A stretch of DNA of 63,511 bases, counting the filler, from Candidatus Tectimicrobiota bacterium (GTDB lineage: Bacteria; JACPSX01), in assembly GCA_016193065.1 (NCBI GenBank). It is 4 parts of 4 records of this genome, joined end to end, with 100 filler letters (N's around TTAATTAATTAA, not from the genome) between each part and the next. Parts side by side here need not be neighbours in the genome. Positions count along the whole stretch, not along the records: positions 1 to 20,681 come from JACPSX010000042.1; 3 more parts are not named here. The stretch is one strand, 5' to 3'. The position numbers and the translations under genes were made by a program. The notes below the pieces were generated by a model. The model was given only the letters and a program-made list of their open reading frames with translations, was not told the origin of the DNA and ran no database searches. Below are positions 10,279 through 20,681 of the stretch, one piece after another (positions within the stretch are counted from its first letter, which is position 1; each line of letters starts with the position of its first letter).

Positions 10279-10789
10279 ACATCTGGTGAAAATTCGAGTG
10301 AATGGTCANNNNNNNNNNNNNNNNNNNNNNNNNNNNNNNGTGAATTGTCAGGACCAGGAAGCGGATGTGGAATCCCGCCTGCTCTTGGTGGACTTTCTCC
10401 GGGAGAACCTGGCGCTTACCGGGACCCATGTGGGCTGTGACACCACCCACTGCGGGGCTTGCACGGTCCTCATGGACGGGGTCAGCGTGAAGTCGTGCAC
10501 CGTTTTCGCTGTTCAGGCCGATGGCCGGGAAGTCCTGACCATCGAAGGCCTGGCCCGGAACGGCAAAATGCATCCGCTCCAGGAGGCCTTCTGGGATCAT
10601 CATGCCTTGCAATGCGGGTATTGCACGCCGGGAATGGTGATGTCGGCTCTCTTCCTCCTCTCCCGGGACCGCCGTCCTACGGAGGAAGAGGTCCGTCGGG
10701 GGATTGCAGGAAACCTCTGTCGCTGTACAGGCTATCAGTTCATTGTGGATGCGATCATGGAAGCTGGGTCTAAGATGGAGGGTGAGTAG
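10271..10789 (+). CDS. Mo-hydroxylase [2Fe-2S] small subunit (CoxS/CutS-like); spans a small N gap
   Basis: [30 protein letters not shown]; gap 10309-10339 is flanked by near-duplicated GTGAAT(G/T)GTCA. Confidence 0.93.
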   Translation: MSKHLVKIRVNGXXXXXXXXXXXVNCQDQEADVESRLLLVDFLRENLALTGTHVGCDTTHCGACTVLMDGVSVKSCTVFAVQADGREVLTIEGLARNGKMHPLQEAFWDHHALQCGYCTPGMVMSALFLLSRDRRPTEEEVRRGIAGNLCRCTGYQFIVDAIMEAGSKMEGE

Positions 10790-11236
10790 ATGGAGTTGGA
10801 GGGAGAGTTTCTTGTTCCCCTGAGCCGGCAGGTGGTTTACAACTTTTTCATGGATCCTCATAAATTTGGTAAGGCAATTCCTGATGTGGAAGAGTTAAAC
10901 GTTTTGGATAACGACAGCTTCATGGCCCGGGTTCGAGTGGGTATTTCCTACATTAAGGGCAGCCTCGGGATGCAGTTCGAACGGGTGGCTGCGGAGGATG
11001 GGCAGGCGGCGACGTACCGGGGAAAAGGGCTCGGAATGGGCAGCTTTGCGGAGGTGGAGGCGAGCTTCCGGCTCGAAGATCTCCAGGACGGCGGCACCCG
11101 GGTGAAGTGGCGGGGAGAAGCCAAGATCGGGGGGAGACTTGCCGGTATGGGAGGAGGACTGCTGGAACCTGTGGCCCGCAAGAATACCACAAGGTTCATT
11201 ACGGCAATAGAGGCCGGCTTGCGGGACATGACGTAG
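10790..11236 (+). CDS. coxG: CoxG-like SRPBCC protein
   Basis: MELEGEF..., IGGRLAGMGGGLL; directly follows the small subunit. Confidence 0.82.
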   Translation: MELEGEFLVPLSRQVVYNFFMDPHKFGKAIPDVEELNVLDNDSFMARVRVGISYIKGSLGMQFERVAAEDGQAATYRGKGLGMGSFAEVEASFRLEDLQDGGTRVKWRGEAKIGGRLAGMGGGLLEPVARKNTTRFITAIEAGLRDMT

Positions 11237-11296
11237 GCGAACCCGGGCTTCATGCCTGCGGGGCGCGGAAAAGCATGTTTGTCAGGAGGGGGACAG

Positions 11297-11863
11297 ATGG
11301 TTGAGCGGCAAACCTCAGGGTTTGATGAGTTCATCGGGGAGGTTCGGCGAATTGTTTCTGGGACCTCCGATCCTGTAGCACAAGCCTCTCAGGTGAGCGA
11401 AAAGCTTCAGGGGCTTCTCCGGTCCGGCAAGGGCTGGATGGAGGGGAGGCTGCAGATTCCGGCAGATCAACAGGTGGGGGAGTACGAACTCTGGCGCGAT
11501 CCCGAGTTGGGTTTCCTGTTTCTCGTCCATGTTCTCCGGCCTCAGCATATTTCTCCCGTGCACAATCACGGGTCCCACTGGGTCGTTTACGGCGTCATTG
11601 AGAATCAAATACTCCAGCAGCGCTACCGGCGCCTGGATGACGGCTCACGGGAGGGGTATGCCGATCTGGCTGCGGCGGGACAGGATCATCAAAAGGAGGG
11701 TAATGCAACCTTTTTTTCCCCACTGGAAGCCCATTCCACCTCAAACCCGACGGATCAGCGCGCGGTGATCGTCCGGATCACCCAAGTGGACCTTTCCCGG
11801 GTGCGCCGTCACCGCTTTGTCCCATCTGAGAAACAAGCAATTGAATTCGCGGGAGGAAGATAG
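11297..11863 (+). CDS. cysteine/thiol dioxygenase-like cupin
   Basis: SPVHNHG-x-W-x2-YG, YRRLDDGS, downstream EAH (third His). Confidence 0.7.
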   Translation: MVERQTSGFDEFIGEVRRIVSGTSDPVAQASQVSEKLQGLLRSGKGWMEGRLQIPADQQVGEYELWRDPELGFLFLVHVLRPQHISPVHNHGSHWVVYGVIENQILQQRYRRLDDGSREGYADLAAAGQDHQKEGNATFFSPLEAHSTSNPTDQRAVIVRITQVDLSRVRRHRFVPSEKQAIEFAGGR

Positions 11864-12295
11864 ATGCGAAAGAAAGGATGCCTGACACTGGAAGACGCCA
11901 GGATTCTCATCGAAGGAGCAGAGCGGAAGGCCGCGGATATGAAGGCTCCCAAGAGCATTGCCGTTGCGGATGATGGCGGGCACTTGATTGCCTTTCACCG
12001 GATGGATGGGGCGAACCGAACCAGCATTGACATTGCCATCAATAAAGCCTTCACCTCGGCTTGTTCTCACCGGGCAACTCTGGATTACCACAAGCTGGCA
12101 GCACCAGGGGAACCCGGGTTTGGATTGCATATGACGAACCAGGGTCGGTTGATTATTTTTGGTGGCGGCTTCCCGGTGGGCGTGGACGGCGAGGTGGTGG
12201 GCGGCATCGGGCTCAGCTCGGGACCGGTGGACGAGGATCTGGCGGTCGGCGAGGCCGCCCTGGAATACTACCAGCAGCGGCTCCGGCGAGGGTAA
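11864..12295 (+). CDS. GlcG/HbpS-family heme-binding protein
   Basis: IAVADDGGHL...RMDGA...IAINKAFT...GGGFP...GGIGLS. Confidence 0.9.
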   Translation: MRKKGCLTLEDARILIEGAERKAADMKAPKSIAVADDGGHLIAFHRMDGANRTSIDIAINKAFTSACSHRATLDYHKLAAPGEPGFGLHMTNQGRLIIFGGGFPVGVDGEVVGGIGLSSGPVDEDLAVGEAALEYYQQRLRRG

Positions 12296-12348
12296 GCAAC
12301 CCTTACCCGCGCCCAGTTTCTCGGAAAGATTGGCCCACGAGCGGAGTT

Positions 12349-12510
12349 CTCGGGGTGCCCCCTTGGGCTCCAGAAACTGGAAAGCGTTCAGCGGTCAGCG
12401 CTCAGCCAGAACCTTGGAGGAAATGTTTGCTGAGGAGTTTCAGGCATCCGAAGCTGAGTGCTGAGAGCTGAGTGCTGAAGGCTATTTTAGGTCGCTTGCG
12501 GGGGCAACCC
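12349..12510 (-). repeat. bipartite dispersed repeat, copy 1, enclosing inverted heptamer arrays
   Basis: both ends match 62178-62200 and 62263-62284; internal TCAGCnn x3 and GCTGAnn x4. Confidence 0.6.
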
Positions 12511-12586
12511 ATCGGACAGGGACGACTGAGGAGGCTTCGACTCCGCAAATACGTGAATAGGGCTGTTGGGTTCGAGGAGGGGTGGG

Positions 12587-15005
12587 GTGAACGGCCAAGA
12601 AGAAGGGGGGCCAGAGCCTGCGGCGGCTTGATGGCGCCGATGTTCTCTCGGGAGTGGCCCGGTACACGGCGGACATGAGCTTCCCGGGAATGCTCCACGC
12701 TGTTTTTTTCCGCAGTCCTTACCCCCATGCCCGGATTAAGAAAGTGTGGCTCGACGGAGTCTTGAAACTCCCAGGCGTTGTTGCGGCATTCAGCGGCGAA
12801 AGCTTACCGGAACTGATCGGCCCCATGGCCCAAATCCCTCTCTTCGGCGTCGAGCGAACTCTGGCTGGGAACCCGGCGATTAAGTACTTCCCTCATCTCC
12901 CTTTGGCACGGGATAAAGCCCGATACGTCGGCGAACCCGTTGCAGTGGTGGCTGCCACCGACAAGTATTTGGCCGAGGACGCCCTGGAGGCCGTGGAGGC
13001 GGACTTTGAGCCGCTGCCGCCGGTGATAGACGCGGAGCAAACTCTGGAGCGGCCGGAAGTCCTTCTCTACGAGGATTGGGGTGACAACGTTTTGATGCAT
13101 TACACGGTGTCGGGCGGGGATGTCGAGAAGGCGTTCCGCGAGGCGGATCGGATCCTGGAGATTACCGTGCCCAGTTCCCGGTTCACGGGCACTCCAATTG
13201 AACCCCGTTCCGTGGTGGCTCGCTACGATCCCCACCACTTGCTTCTGGAGGTTTGGGATACAACCCAGTGCCCGCATCTCGTTGGGACCTGGATCGAGCG
13301 GGCCATTCGGATTCCCGGTCTCAAGACACGGGTTACGGTGAGCCGTCTCGGGGGCGGCTTTGGACCAAAGGTGAGTCATTACCCTGAGGAGATTGTGGTT
13401 CCTTACCTGGCGATTCAAACGGGCCGGCCCGTGCGCTGGGTGGAGACGCGCAGCGAGCATCTGGTCGGCACCACCCACGGCAGGGAGCAGATTCACCGGT
13501 TGCAGGTGGCCGTGAAGTCGGATGGCCGGGTTCTTGGAATTCGGGATCGGATTGTAGCGGACATGGGCGGCGGGCATTCCTGGACCGGTCTCTCTTCCAT
13601 AATGGTTTCAGCCCTTTACGTTCCGGGGACCTACCGGATTGAGAATTATTCAGGGGATCTGTACGGCGTGGTGACGAATAAGACCCCGTTTGGCGCTCAC
13701 CGGGGATTCGGCAAAGCCGAGGCGGCCTACGTCATCGAACGGGTGATGGATTCGGTAGCGCGTGAATTGGGCCAGGATCCCATCGAAATTCGCAAGCGCA
13801 ACTTTATTCCCCCCGAGGCTTTCCCTTACCGGAATGCCACGGGCTCCCGGTACGACAGCGGTCAGTACGCCAAGACTCTGGATAAAGCCCTCGATCTTCT
13901 GAACTACTCTCATTGGCGGGCGGAACAGACCAGGCTGCGCCGGGAAGGCCGGTACGTGGGGATTGGTGTCTCCGTGGTCCTGGAACCCACAAGTTCCAAC
14001 CGCCGGGGGGCGGGAGGGTATTACAGCGTGCGGATGCGCATGGATCCTACGGGAACGATCTACGTTTTCCTCAGCGGGAACGATGACGGCACCGGGCATG
14101 CTCTCCCAACGGCTCAGATTGTCGCGGACGAGCTCGCTGTTGATGTGATCAATGTGCATGTCGTCGAGGGCGATAGCCTCATGTGTCCATACGGCACCGG
14201 GTCCTATTCCAGCCGGTTTGGCGGCCTGGGGGGAGCAGCCGTCATGCTGGCGGCTCGCCAACTGCGCGAGAAAATTCTTGAAGTCGGGGCTGCCCTTCTG
14301 GGCGAGACTGCAGACCGCCTCGTGCTCAGCGCGGGATCCGTTCGTGTGCGGTCTGCCGGAGAAAAGCAAATTGCTCTGAATGAGGTTGCCCGGGCGGCGT
14401 ATACCGCCCTCTACCGACTTCCCGAGGGGATGGAACCGGGACTCGAGCTGATCTATCACTATCGGGATCCGAATGTCACCTTCTTGCCGGACGAGCGCGG
14501 AAGGGTGGGGGCGTACTCGAGTTTCCCCTATGCGGTGGACGCGGGAGTCGTCGAGGTGGACGTGGAGACCGGCAGTCTCACGATCCTCAAGTACGTCTCG
14601 GTGCATGATTGCGGCAATCAGATCAACCCGAAGGAAGTCGAAGGACAGCATTTGGGATCTCTGGCCCATGGGTTGGGAGGAGCCCTGTATGAGGAGCTTC
14701 TCTACGATTCGGACGGGCAGCTCCTGACCCAGAATTTCAAGGACTATCTGATTCCGACTGCACTGGATCTTCCTCCCATCCTGATTGGATCCACAGTGAC
14801 GCCAAACCCATTTACCCCGGGGGGATTCAAGGGGGCTGGCGAGGCGGGAGCCGTGGGGCCTCCCCCATGCCTCGTCGCCGCCGTTGAAGATGCGCTGGCG
14901 CCGTTGGGTGTGAGAGTGAGGACCTTGCCTCTCAAGCCTTCGTCCCTCTGGGAGCTGATACGGGAGCATCTCGATCGTGTGCATTCCGAAGGAGGGAAGG
15001 CATGA
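12587..15005 (+). CDS. second xanthine oxidase-family Mo hydroxylase large subunit; apparent frameshift near the N-terminus
   Basis: GQSLRRLDG, RSPYPHA, GGGFGPK, PFGAHRGFGK, GFKGAGE; GTG 12587 after a GAGGAGG RBS is out of frame across G6 at 12605-12610. Confidence 0.88.
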
Positions 15006-15210
15006 GTGGAAACCAGTGGTTGGAATCGTGCTGAAACATCCGCGTATGACCGCCGCGGAAAATGCGGCTCGTACCGTCCCAACTTGATGCACTCGAGATA
15101 AGCGACCTGCCTGGCAGCAAACGTATAGACCACGCGAACCGGGAGCGTGGCCCAGAGTCATTGAAACCGCACCGGTGAAAAGGGGAAACTGCTAAAGGGA
15201 GGAGGGGATT

Positions 15211-16266
15211 ATGAAGAAGAAACCGCTGACCGCAGGTTCCGGGATGAGCATCCAGGGTCGGAAGTGGATCACGTTGATTTTGGTGCTGACTCTGTCTCTT
15301 TTGTGGTCCGCGAGCCGGGAGGTCAGTGCGCAGGGTCTGCCGCGCGTTGTCCGTATCGGCACGAACCCACCGGGCTCCGCCTTCCACCCCATTGCCACGG
15401 GGATAGCAAAGATCGTTACAGAGGGATCTCCCATGGAGGGTCGGGTGCAACCCTACGCCGGATCCAGCAGCTTTATGCCCTTGCTGAACAGCGGAGAATT
15501 AGAGTTGGGGATTGTCACGGGCTCAGACGCCTATTATGGCTACCGGGGGATCGTGCTTTACAAGCGGGCGAATCCCAACGTGAGAGCCATCAGTGCCGGA
15601 ACCCGCCTGCTCATCGGTCAGATTGTTCCAGCCAACTCCGGCATCAGAACCATTCAAGACCTCAAAGGGAAGAGAGTGGCCGGGGCCTTTACGGGTCAGC
15701 TTTCCGCCAAAATTGGCACGGAGTCCGTGTTGGTCAATGGAGGCCTTGGCTGGGATGATGTGACTGTTGTGCCTGTGGTGACCTTCATTGAGGGAGTACA
15801 AGCGGTCATGGATGGACGGGCCGATTCCAGCACCACAGCCGTAGGAGCCGGAATTCTTCAGGAGGCCGATTCGCGCATCGGTGTCCGCTTCCTCCCCCTG
15901 GATCCTTCTCCTCAAGGCCATGCTCGCATAAAGAAGGTTACTCCTACGCGCTACGTTTATGCGATTCCTACGGAGGGGACTCCCGGCGCGCCGAAGGGCA
16001 CGCCATTGCTGGCGGAAGACGTCTACTTGTTGGGTAGCTCCAGGTTGTCCGACAACGCTGCCTATGCGGTTGCCAAAGCGATATGGGAGAAGAACGAGGA
16101 TTTGAAGAAGTTGCCGCTCCTGCAAACGTGGAGCCGGGATCGAATGGTCAGCGACACCGCGCAGACGCCCTATCACCCCGGGGCCATTCGCTTCTTTAAA
16201 GAGAAGGGGGTGTGGACGAAAGAGATGGAGGAACTGCAGCAGAAAGTTGCGAAAGGGGGCTCCTAA
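15211..16266 (+). CDS. TAXI-family TRAP transporter solute-binding subunit
   Basis: IGTNPPGS, DLKGKRV, PYHPGAIRFFKE. Confidence 0.9.
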   Translation: MKKKPLTAGSGMSIQGRKWITLILVLTLSLLWSASREVSAQGLPRVVRIGTNPPGSAFHPIATGIAKIVTEGSPMEGRVQPYAGSSSFMPLLNSGELELGIVTGSDAYYGYRGIVLYKRANPNVRAISAGTRLLIGQIVPANSGIRTIQDLKGKRVAGAFTGQLSAKIGTESVLVNGGLGWDDVTVVPVVTFIEGVQAVMDGRADSSTTAVGAGILQEADSRIGVRFLPLDPSPQGHARIKKVTPTRYVYAIPTEGTPGAPKGTPLLAEDVYLLGSSRLSDNAAYAVAKAIWEKNEDLKKLPLLQTWSRDRMVSDTAQTPYHPGAIRFFKEKGVWTKEMEELQQKVAKGGS

Positions 16267-16434
16267 TCGCAGTTTTTCTGGAAGCGTTTTGTCTTCAGAT
16301 CCTTGGATTCTTGTCCGCAAAAATCGCAGCGGAATAATGATTGGAGTAAGGGGCGGGAGCAGAGTGCGAATAAATGCTTTCGGGCCGCCGGGGAATGTCT
16401 AAAAAGGGTACGGCGAGGGGGAGATCTTTTTCCT

Positions 16435-18375
16435 ATGGTTCAGGATGTTGAGGCTCAAGCCAGATACAGGGAACTTCGCGGGCTGCCCAGATTCCTGGAG
16501 AGGTCTTTCCTGATTTCCATGACGGTTCTGGGGATTCTTTATGCCCTCCAGGTCCACAGCTATCTGGGCAAGACCCTCTTCCATCAGCAGTATCTGGGTT
16601 TATTTCTGGCTTTTGCCCTGGGAGCCATTTTTCTCAGATCGCCTGCTGGCTTGCGAGCCCCCAGAGACCGGGCCCCTCTCTATGACTTTGTGCTTATTCT
16701 CCTGAGCCAGGTCGTTGGGTTTTACGTGTTCCTCTGGTATCCCCGGATCTCGGAAGAGCTGGGATATGCGACCTGGGATAAATGGGTTCTGGGCACTCTC
16801 GCCCTGATCCTGGTGGTTGAAGCGACCCGCCGTTTGACCGGCTGGGTCCTGGTCCTCCTGGTGGGTATTCTGGTCTTTTATGGAAGATTTTCCGAACTTT
16901 TTCCGGGGGCTCTTTACAACGTGGGGAGCTCGTGGGAGCGACTCGCCACATATCTCTACCTGGATGCCAACGGTCTTCTTGGCACCCCGCTGCTCATCGG
17001 GGCCACCGTGGTCATGGTTTTTATCCTTTTTGGTGAGTCCCTTTCCAGCACGGGCGCCTCCCGGTTTTTGACGGACTTCGCTCTGGCCACCATGGGTCGC
17101 TATCGCGGCGGGCCCGCCAAGGTCAGCATCGTGTCCAGCAGCCTCTTCGGGACCGTTTCCGGGAGCGCCGTGGCCAACGTGGTCGCGGACGGGATAATCA
17201 CCATCCCCATGATGAAAGGGGCCGGCTTCCCGGCTCATGTGGCGGGAGCCATTGAAGCGGTGGCTTCCACGGGAGGACAGATCATGCCTCCGGTGATGGG
17301 CGCCGCTGCCTTCATTATGGCCGACTTCCTTGGCATACCCTATGGGCAGGTAGCCCTGGCCGCTCTTCTTCCCGCGGTCCTCTATTATTTTTCACTTTTC
17401 GCTCAGGTGGATCTGGAAGCAGCGAAACACGATTTGCGGGGCTTGTCCTCCTCCCAGCTCCCCTCGCTCCGCAAGACGATCCTGCGTGGCTGGGTCTTTT
17501 TCGTGCCGTTATTTGTGTTGGTCTATACGCTTTTTGTCCTCAACTGGGATGCCTCCCGATCCGGAATGGTCACGGTGGCCATCGTCCTGGCCTTGTCCCT
17601 GTTCCGTCCAGAAGGGAGGGCCTGCCTGAAACGCTTTGACCGCATGCTGGAGAACACGGGACGCGCACTGCTGGAGATTACCGTTCTTACAGCCGCCGCC
17701 GGAATCGTGATCGGCGTGATCACCGTGAGCGGTCTCGGCTTTACCATATCCTATGCGCTAACGGGTGTTGCCGGTGGGAGCCTCTTCCTTCTGGCTCTGC
17801 TGACGGCCATCGTCAGCCTGATTCTCGGCATGGGCATGCCCACCACCGCCGTGTACCTTTTACTTGCCGTGCTCGTGGCGCCGGCTTTCACGAACCTGCA
17901 GGTTCCTCTGATTGCCGCCCACCTCTTCATCTTCTATTTTGGCATGTTGTCCATGGTCACTCCGCCGGTGTGCTTTGCGACCTACGCGGCAGCTTCCATA
18001 GCCAGGGCGCCCTTCATGAAGACAGGTTATGCGGCCATGCGGTTTGCCGCGGTGGCCTACGTGGTGCCCTTCTTTTTCCTCTTTCACCCGGCCCTCCTCC
18101 TGAGAGGAAACTGGGTGGAGGTAGCTCTGGCAGGTTTGAGCTCCATCGTGGGATCCGTGGCCCTGGCCATCGGCCTCGTGGGATTCCTCTTCCGGCCCCT
18201 TTCTGCCATGAGGCGCATCCTCTTTCTGGCTGCGTCTCTGACCCTCCTGGATCCTGGCATGGCAACGGATATTCTGGGAGTCTTGATCCTCCTCCTGCTA
18301 GTGGCGCCGGAATTGCGCTGGCGGCGGCAGCGGAAGCAATTCCCGTTGGCGGCGGAAGTCGAGGTGGGGAGCTGA
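16435..18375 (+). CDS. TRAP transporter fused 4TM/12TM permease
   Basis: RGGPAK, SGSAVANV, EAVASTGGQIMPPVMG, LGMGMPT, TPPV. Confidence 0.95.
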   Translation: MVQDVEAQARYRELRGLPRFLERSFLISMTVLGILYALQVHSYLGKTLFHQQYLGLFLAFALGAIFLRSPAGLRAPRDRAPLYDFVLILLSQVVGFYVFLWYPRISEELGYATWDKWVLGTLALILVVEATRRLTGWVLVLLVGILVFYGRFSELFPGALYNVGSSWERLATYLYLDANGLLGTPLLIGATVVMVFILFGESLSSTGASRFLTDFALATMGRYRGGPAKVSIVSSSLFGTVSGSAVANVVADGIITIPMMKGAGFPAHVAGAIEAVASTGGQIMPPVMGAAAFIMADFLGIPYGQVALAALLPAVLYYFSLFAQVDLEAAKHDLRGLSSSQLPSLRKTILRGWVFFVPLFVLVYTLFVLNWDASRSGMVTVAIVLALSLFRPEGRACLKRFDRMLENTGRALLEITVLTAAAGIVIGVITVSGLGFTISYALTGVAGGSLFLLALLTAIVSLILGMGMPTTAVYLLLAVLVAPAFTNLQVPLIAAHLFIFYFGMLSMVTPPVCFATYAAASIARAPFMKTGYAAMRFAAVAYVVPFFFLFHPALLLRGNWVEVALAGLSSIVGSVALAIGLVGFLFRPLSAMRRILFLAASLTLLDPGMATDILGVLILLLLVAPELRWRRQRKQFPLAAEVEVGS

Positions 18376-18587
18376 AGAAAAATAAACCCAGTGCGGAACC
18401 CAAATCCCTGACCTTCCGGGAGAAACGGAGAAAAAGATGCGGATGAGGTCATTTCCCGCCTGAAGGGGGGAACGAAATAAGGTCTACCACCCGGAGAAGG
18501 GCCTGGTAAAAGAGGTTTTGGTGGGACTCCTCCTGGTGAATTCTTCCCAGGAGTTGGACGACTTCTTCATGAAGGGAGAGATAAATC

Positions 18588-19637
18588 ATGTCCAGTCCTA
18601 TCGAGCAGGAAAGGAAAAATCGGTGGATTGACGTGCACGCCCATGTGTTGCCCATGCGGGTCATTGAGGCCCTGCGACGGAATCCCAAACCGTACGGGGT
18701 CGCGGTGGAAGGAGGAGAGGGAAAATTTGTCTTCACGTTTGGTTCTCGGCGCATCAACCGGCCGACGTTTGCGAACCTGGTGGACGAAGAGCTCTTCTTT
18801 GAGCAGCAGGCAAGCCGGGTGGCGGAAGGTCTGGACCGGGAAGTTGTATCGATCTGGTCGGAGATTCCCGGATACGAGCTCCCTCCGGATCAGGGAGCGG
18901 CCTGGTGTCGCTTGTTTAACGAAGAGCTGTCCCGATTTATTTCAGATCATCCGAAACCCCTGCCCCTGGTGGGTCTGGGTCTCGCCCCCTTGCAATCCGG
19001 AGAAAGAGGAGCCCGGGAATTAGAGCACGCAGTGCAAAACTGCGGTCTGAAGGGGATTCTCATCACGGCGAACCCCCCTGAGGTGCCTCTTGACGGCGAA
19101 GATCTGGAGCCTTTCTGGTCCTGCGCGGAGGAGCTGGGTGCCACCCTGTTCGTTCACCCGGCCGTCGGGTGCGTGCCCGGTCTGGACCAGCCCTATTACC
19201 TGGGAAACGTCGTGGGGGTTCCAACCGAGACCACGTTCACCGCAGCCCGTATGGTTGCCTCGGGACTCCTGGACCGGCATCCCCGTTTGAATGTGCTGCT
19301 GGCCCATGGGGGCGGCTTTCTCCCCTACCAAATTGGCCGCCTGGGCTACCTGGTGAATAAGGATCGCCCGAAAGGTGCCTTCGGGTTTCGTTGCCAGCGG
19401 CCAGCAACGGAGTACCTCCGGATGTTCTATTACGACACTTTGCTGTACGACTCCGACAATTTACGCCGATTGGCTCAACAGGTGGGTTCAAGCCAGTTGC
19501 TGGCGGGAAGTGATTACCCGTTCCCCACCTACGACGATCAGCTTTTGGAAACTATCCAGGGGGCCGGCCTTTCCCGACGAGAGACGGACGACATCCTCTT
19601 CTGGAACGCCGTGCGCCTTCTGGGGTTACAAGCCTGA
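18588..19637 (+). CDS. amidohydrolase-2 family protein (ACMSD-like decarboxylase/hydratase)
   Basis: DVHAH, FVHP, LAHGGG, YYDT, GSDYP. Confidence 0.9.
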   Translation: MSSPIEQERKNRWIDVHAHVLPMRVIEALRRNPKPYGVAVEGGEGKFVFTFGSRRINRPTFANLVDEELFFEQQASRVAEGLDREVVSIWSEIPGYELPPDQGAAWCRLFNEELSRFISDHPKPLPLVGLGLAPLQSGERGARELEHAVQNCGLKGILITANPPEVPLDGEDLEPFWSCAEELGATLFVHPAVGCVPGLDQPYYLGNVVGVPTETTFTAARMVASGLLDRHPRLNVLLAHGGGFLPYQIGRLGYLVNKDRPKGAFGFRCQRPATEYLRMFYYDTLLYDSDNLRRLAQQVGSSQLLAGSDYPFPTYDDQLLETIQGAGLSRRETDDILFWNAVRLLGLQA

Positions 19638-19804
19638 GGGAAGAAACCAGGTTGTGGTTCCTTCACCCCCTCCCTATTCTCCCTCTGAGAGGAAGGGAAT
19701 GAATGGGGGGCATTTTCATGGTGCATGGGTGGGCCGCAGGCCCATGACAATGAATCGGTTCTGAATTCCTGTGCTTTCGAGAGCACGGAAACCTGAAACC
19801 CTCC

Positions 19805-20498
19805 ATGGCGAAAACTTCTGGAATTATCGTGGTGGGAAATGAAATCCTTTCCGGAAGAGTTGCGGACCAAAACGCCGCTTTCCTTACCAGAGAGTTGTAC
19901 TCCCTGGGGATTGATCTGAGAAAAATCTCGATTGTGCCGGACGACGTGGATGAAATCGCCAGGGAGGTTGTCTCTTTCACTTCGGCCTATGATCGGGTTT
20001 TTCTTTGCGGAGGGATTGGACCCACCCACGACGATGTTAGCATGGCCGGGATTGCCCGGGGACTGAGCGTCCCGCTGGTCCACCATCCGGGATTGATGGA
20101 AAGGTTGAAGGGACTTTTTGCGAGCGAGGATGAGGGCCTCTTGTTGAAAATGTCGGAAACTCCCGAGGGATCTAATTTGCTGGGGGACGAGCTCCCGTTT
20201 CCTATTATTGTTGTCGGAAACCTCTATGTCTTTCCCGGGCAGCCCGAAATCCTTCAGGAGAAGTTCAAAGCCATTCGGGATTTCTTTCGGGAGTCCCCCT
20301 TTTATTCGAAAACGGTTTACATCCGGCTTTCGGAAAGGAGGCTAGTCGGATACCTGAACGCTCTCCTGGAGTCCTATCCGGGTCTCCGGCTTGGTTCCTA
20401 TCCTGAGCTGTCGAACCCCTCGTATAAGGTCAAATGAGAGCGCGGCCCTGGAGTTTGTGGCGGGCCTCCCTGGAGAGGCCGTATTCCGGGTGGAGTGA
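19805..20498 (+). CDS. CinA-like molybdopterin-binding-domain protein; C-terminus disrupted near 20433
   Basis: GNEILSG..DQN, GGIGPTHDD, FPG; stop at 20437 but a plausible tail ESAALEFVAGLPGEAVFRVE* continues in another frame to 20498. Confidence 0.82.
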
Positions 20499-20681
20499 AG
20501 GCAGGCACCTGGCCGCAGAAACGCTATGATAACTCTCCATGCTGCGCGTTGAACCATGTGCGGCTTGCTTGAATGAAGGCATGGAGAGGAGGGGAGGCGA
20601 ATGTTCCCGGAAAGCCCGGGTACGTCCTCTGGTCGACCGTGATTTTGTTGAGCCGATCGGAACTCTGGAGGGATAGAGAAT

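Noticed and set aside
10298-10350. Insertion or duplication in the 2Fe-2S subunit
   Set aside because: An N gap flanked by overlapping near-identical sequence indicates a scaffold artefact
4076-11236. Aerobic CO dehydrogenase (coxLMSG)
   Set aside because: Neither large subunit has the Cu-binding AYxCSFR motif, and the context is organic-acid catabolism
15002-15194. Small selenoprotein starting at the ATGA overlap (MSGNQWLESC-TGA)
   Set aside because: Further in-frame stops follow, and there is no recognisable family or clear hairpin
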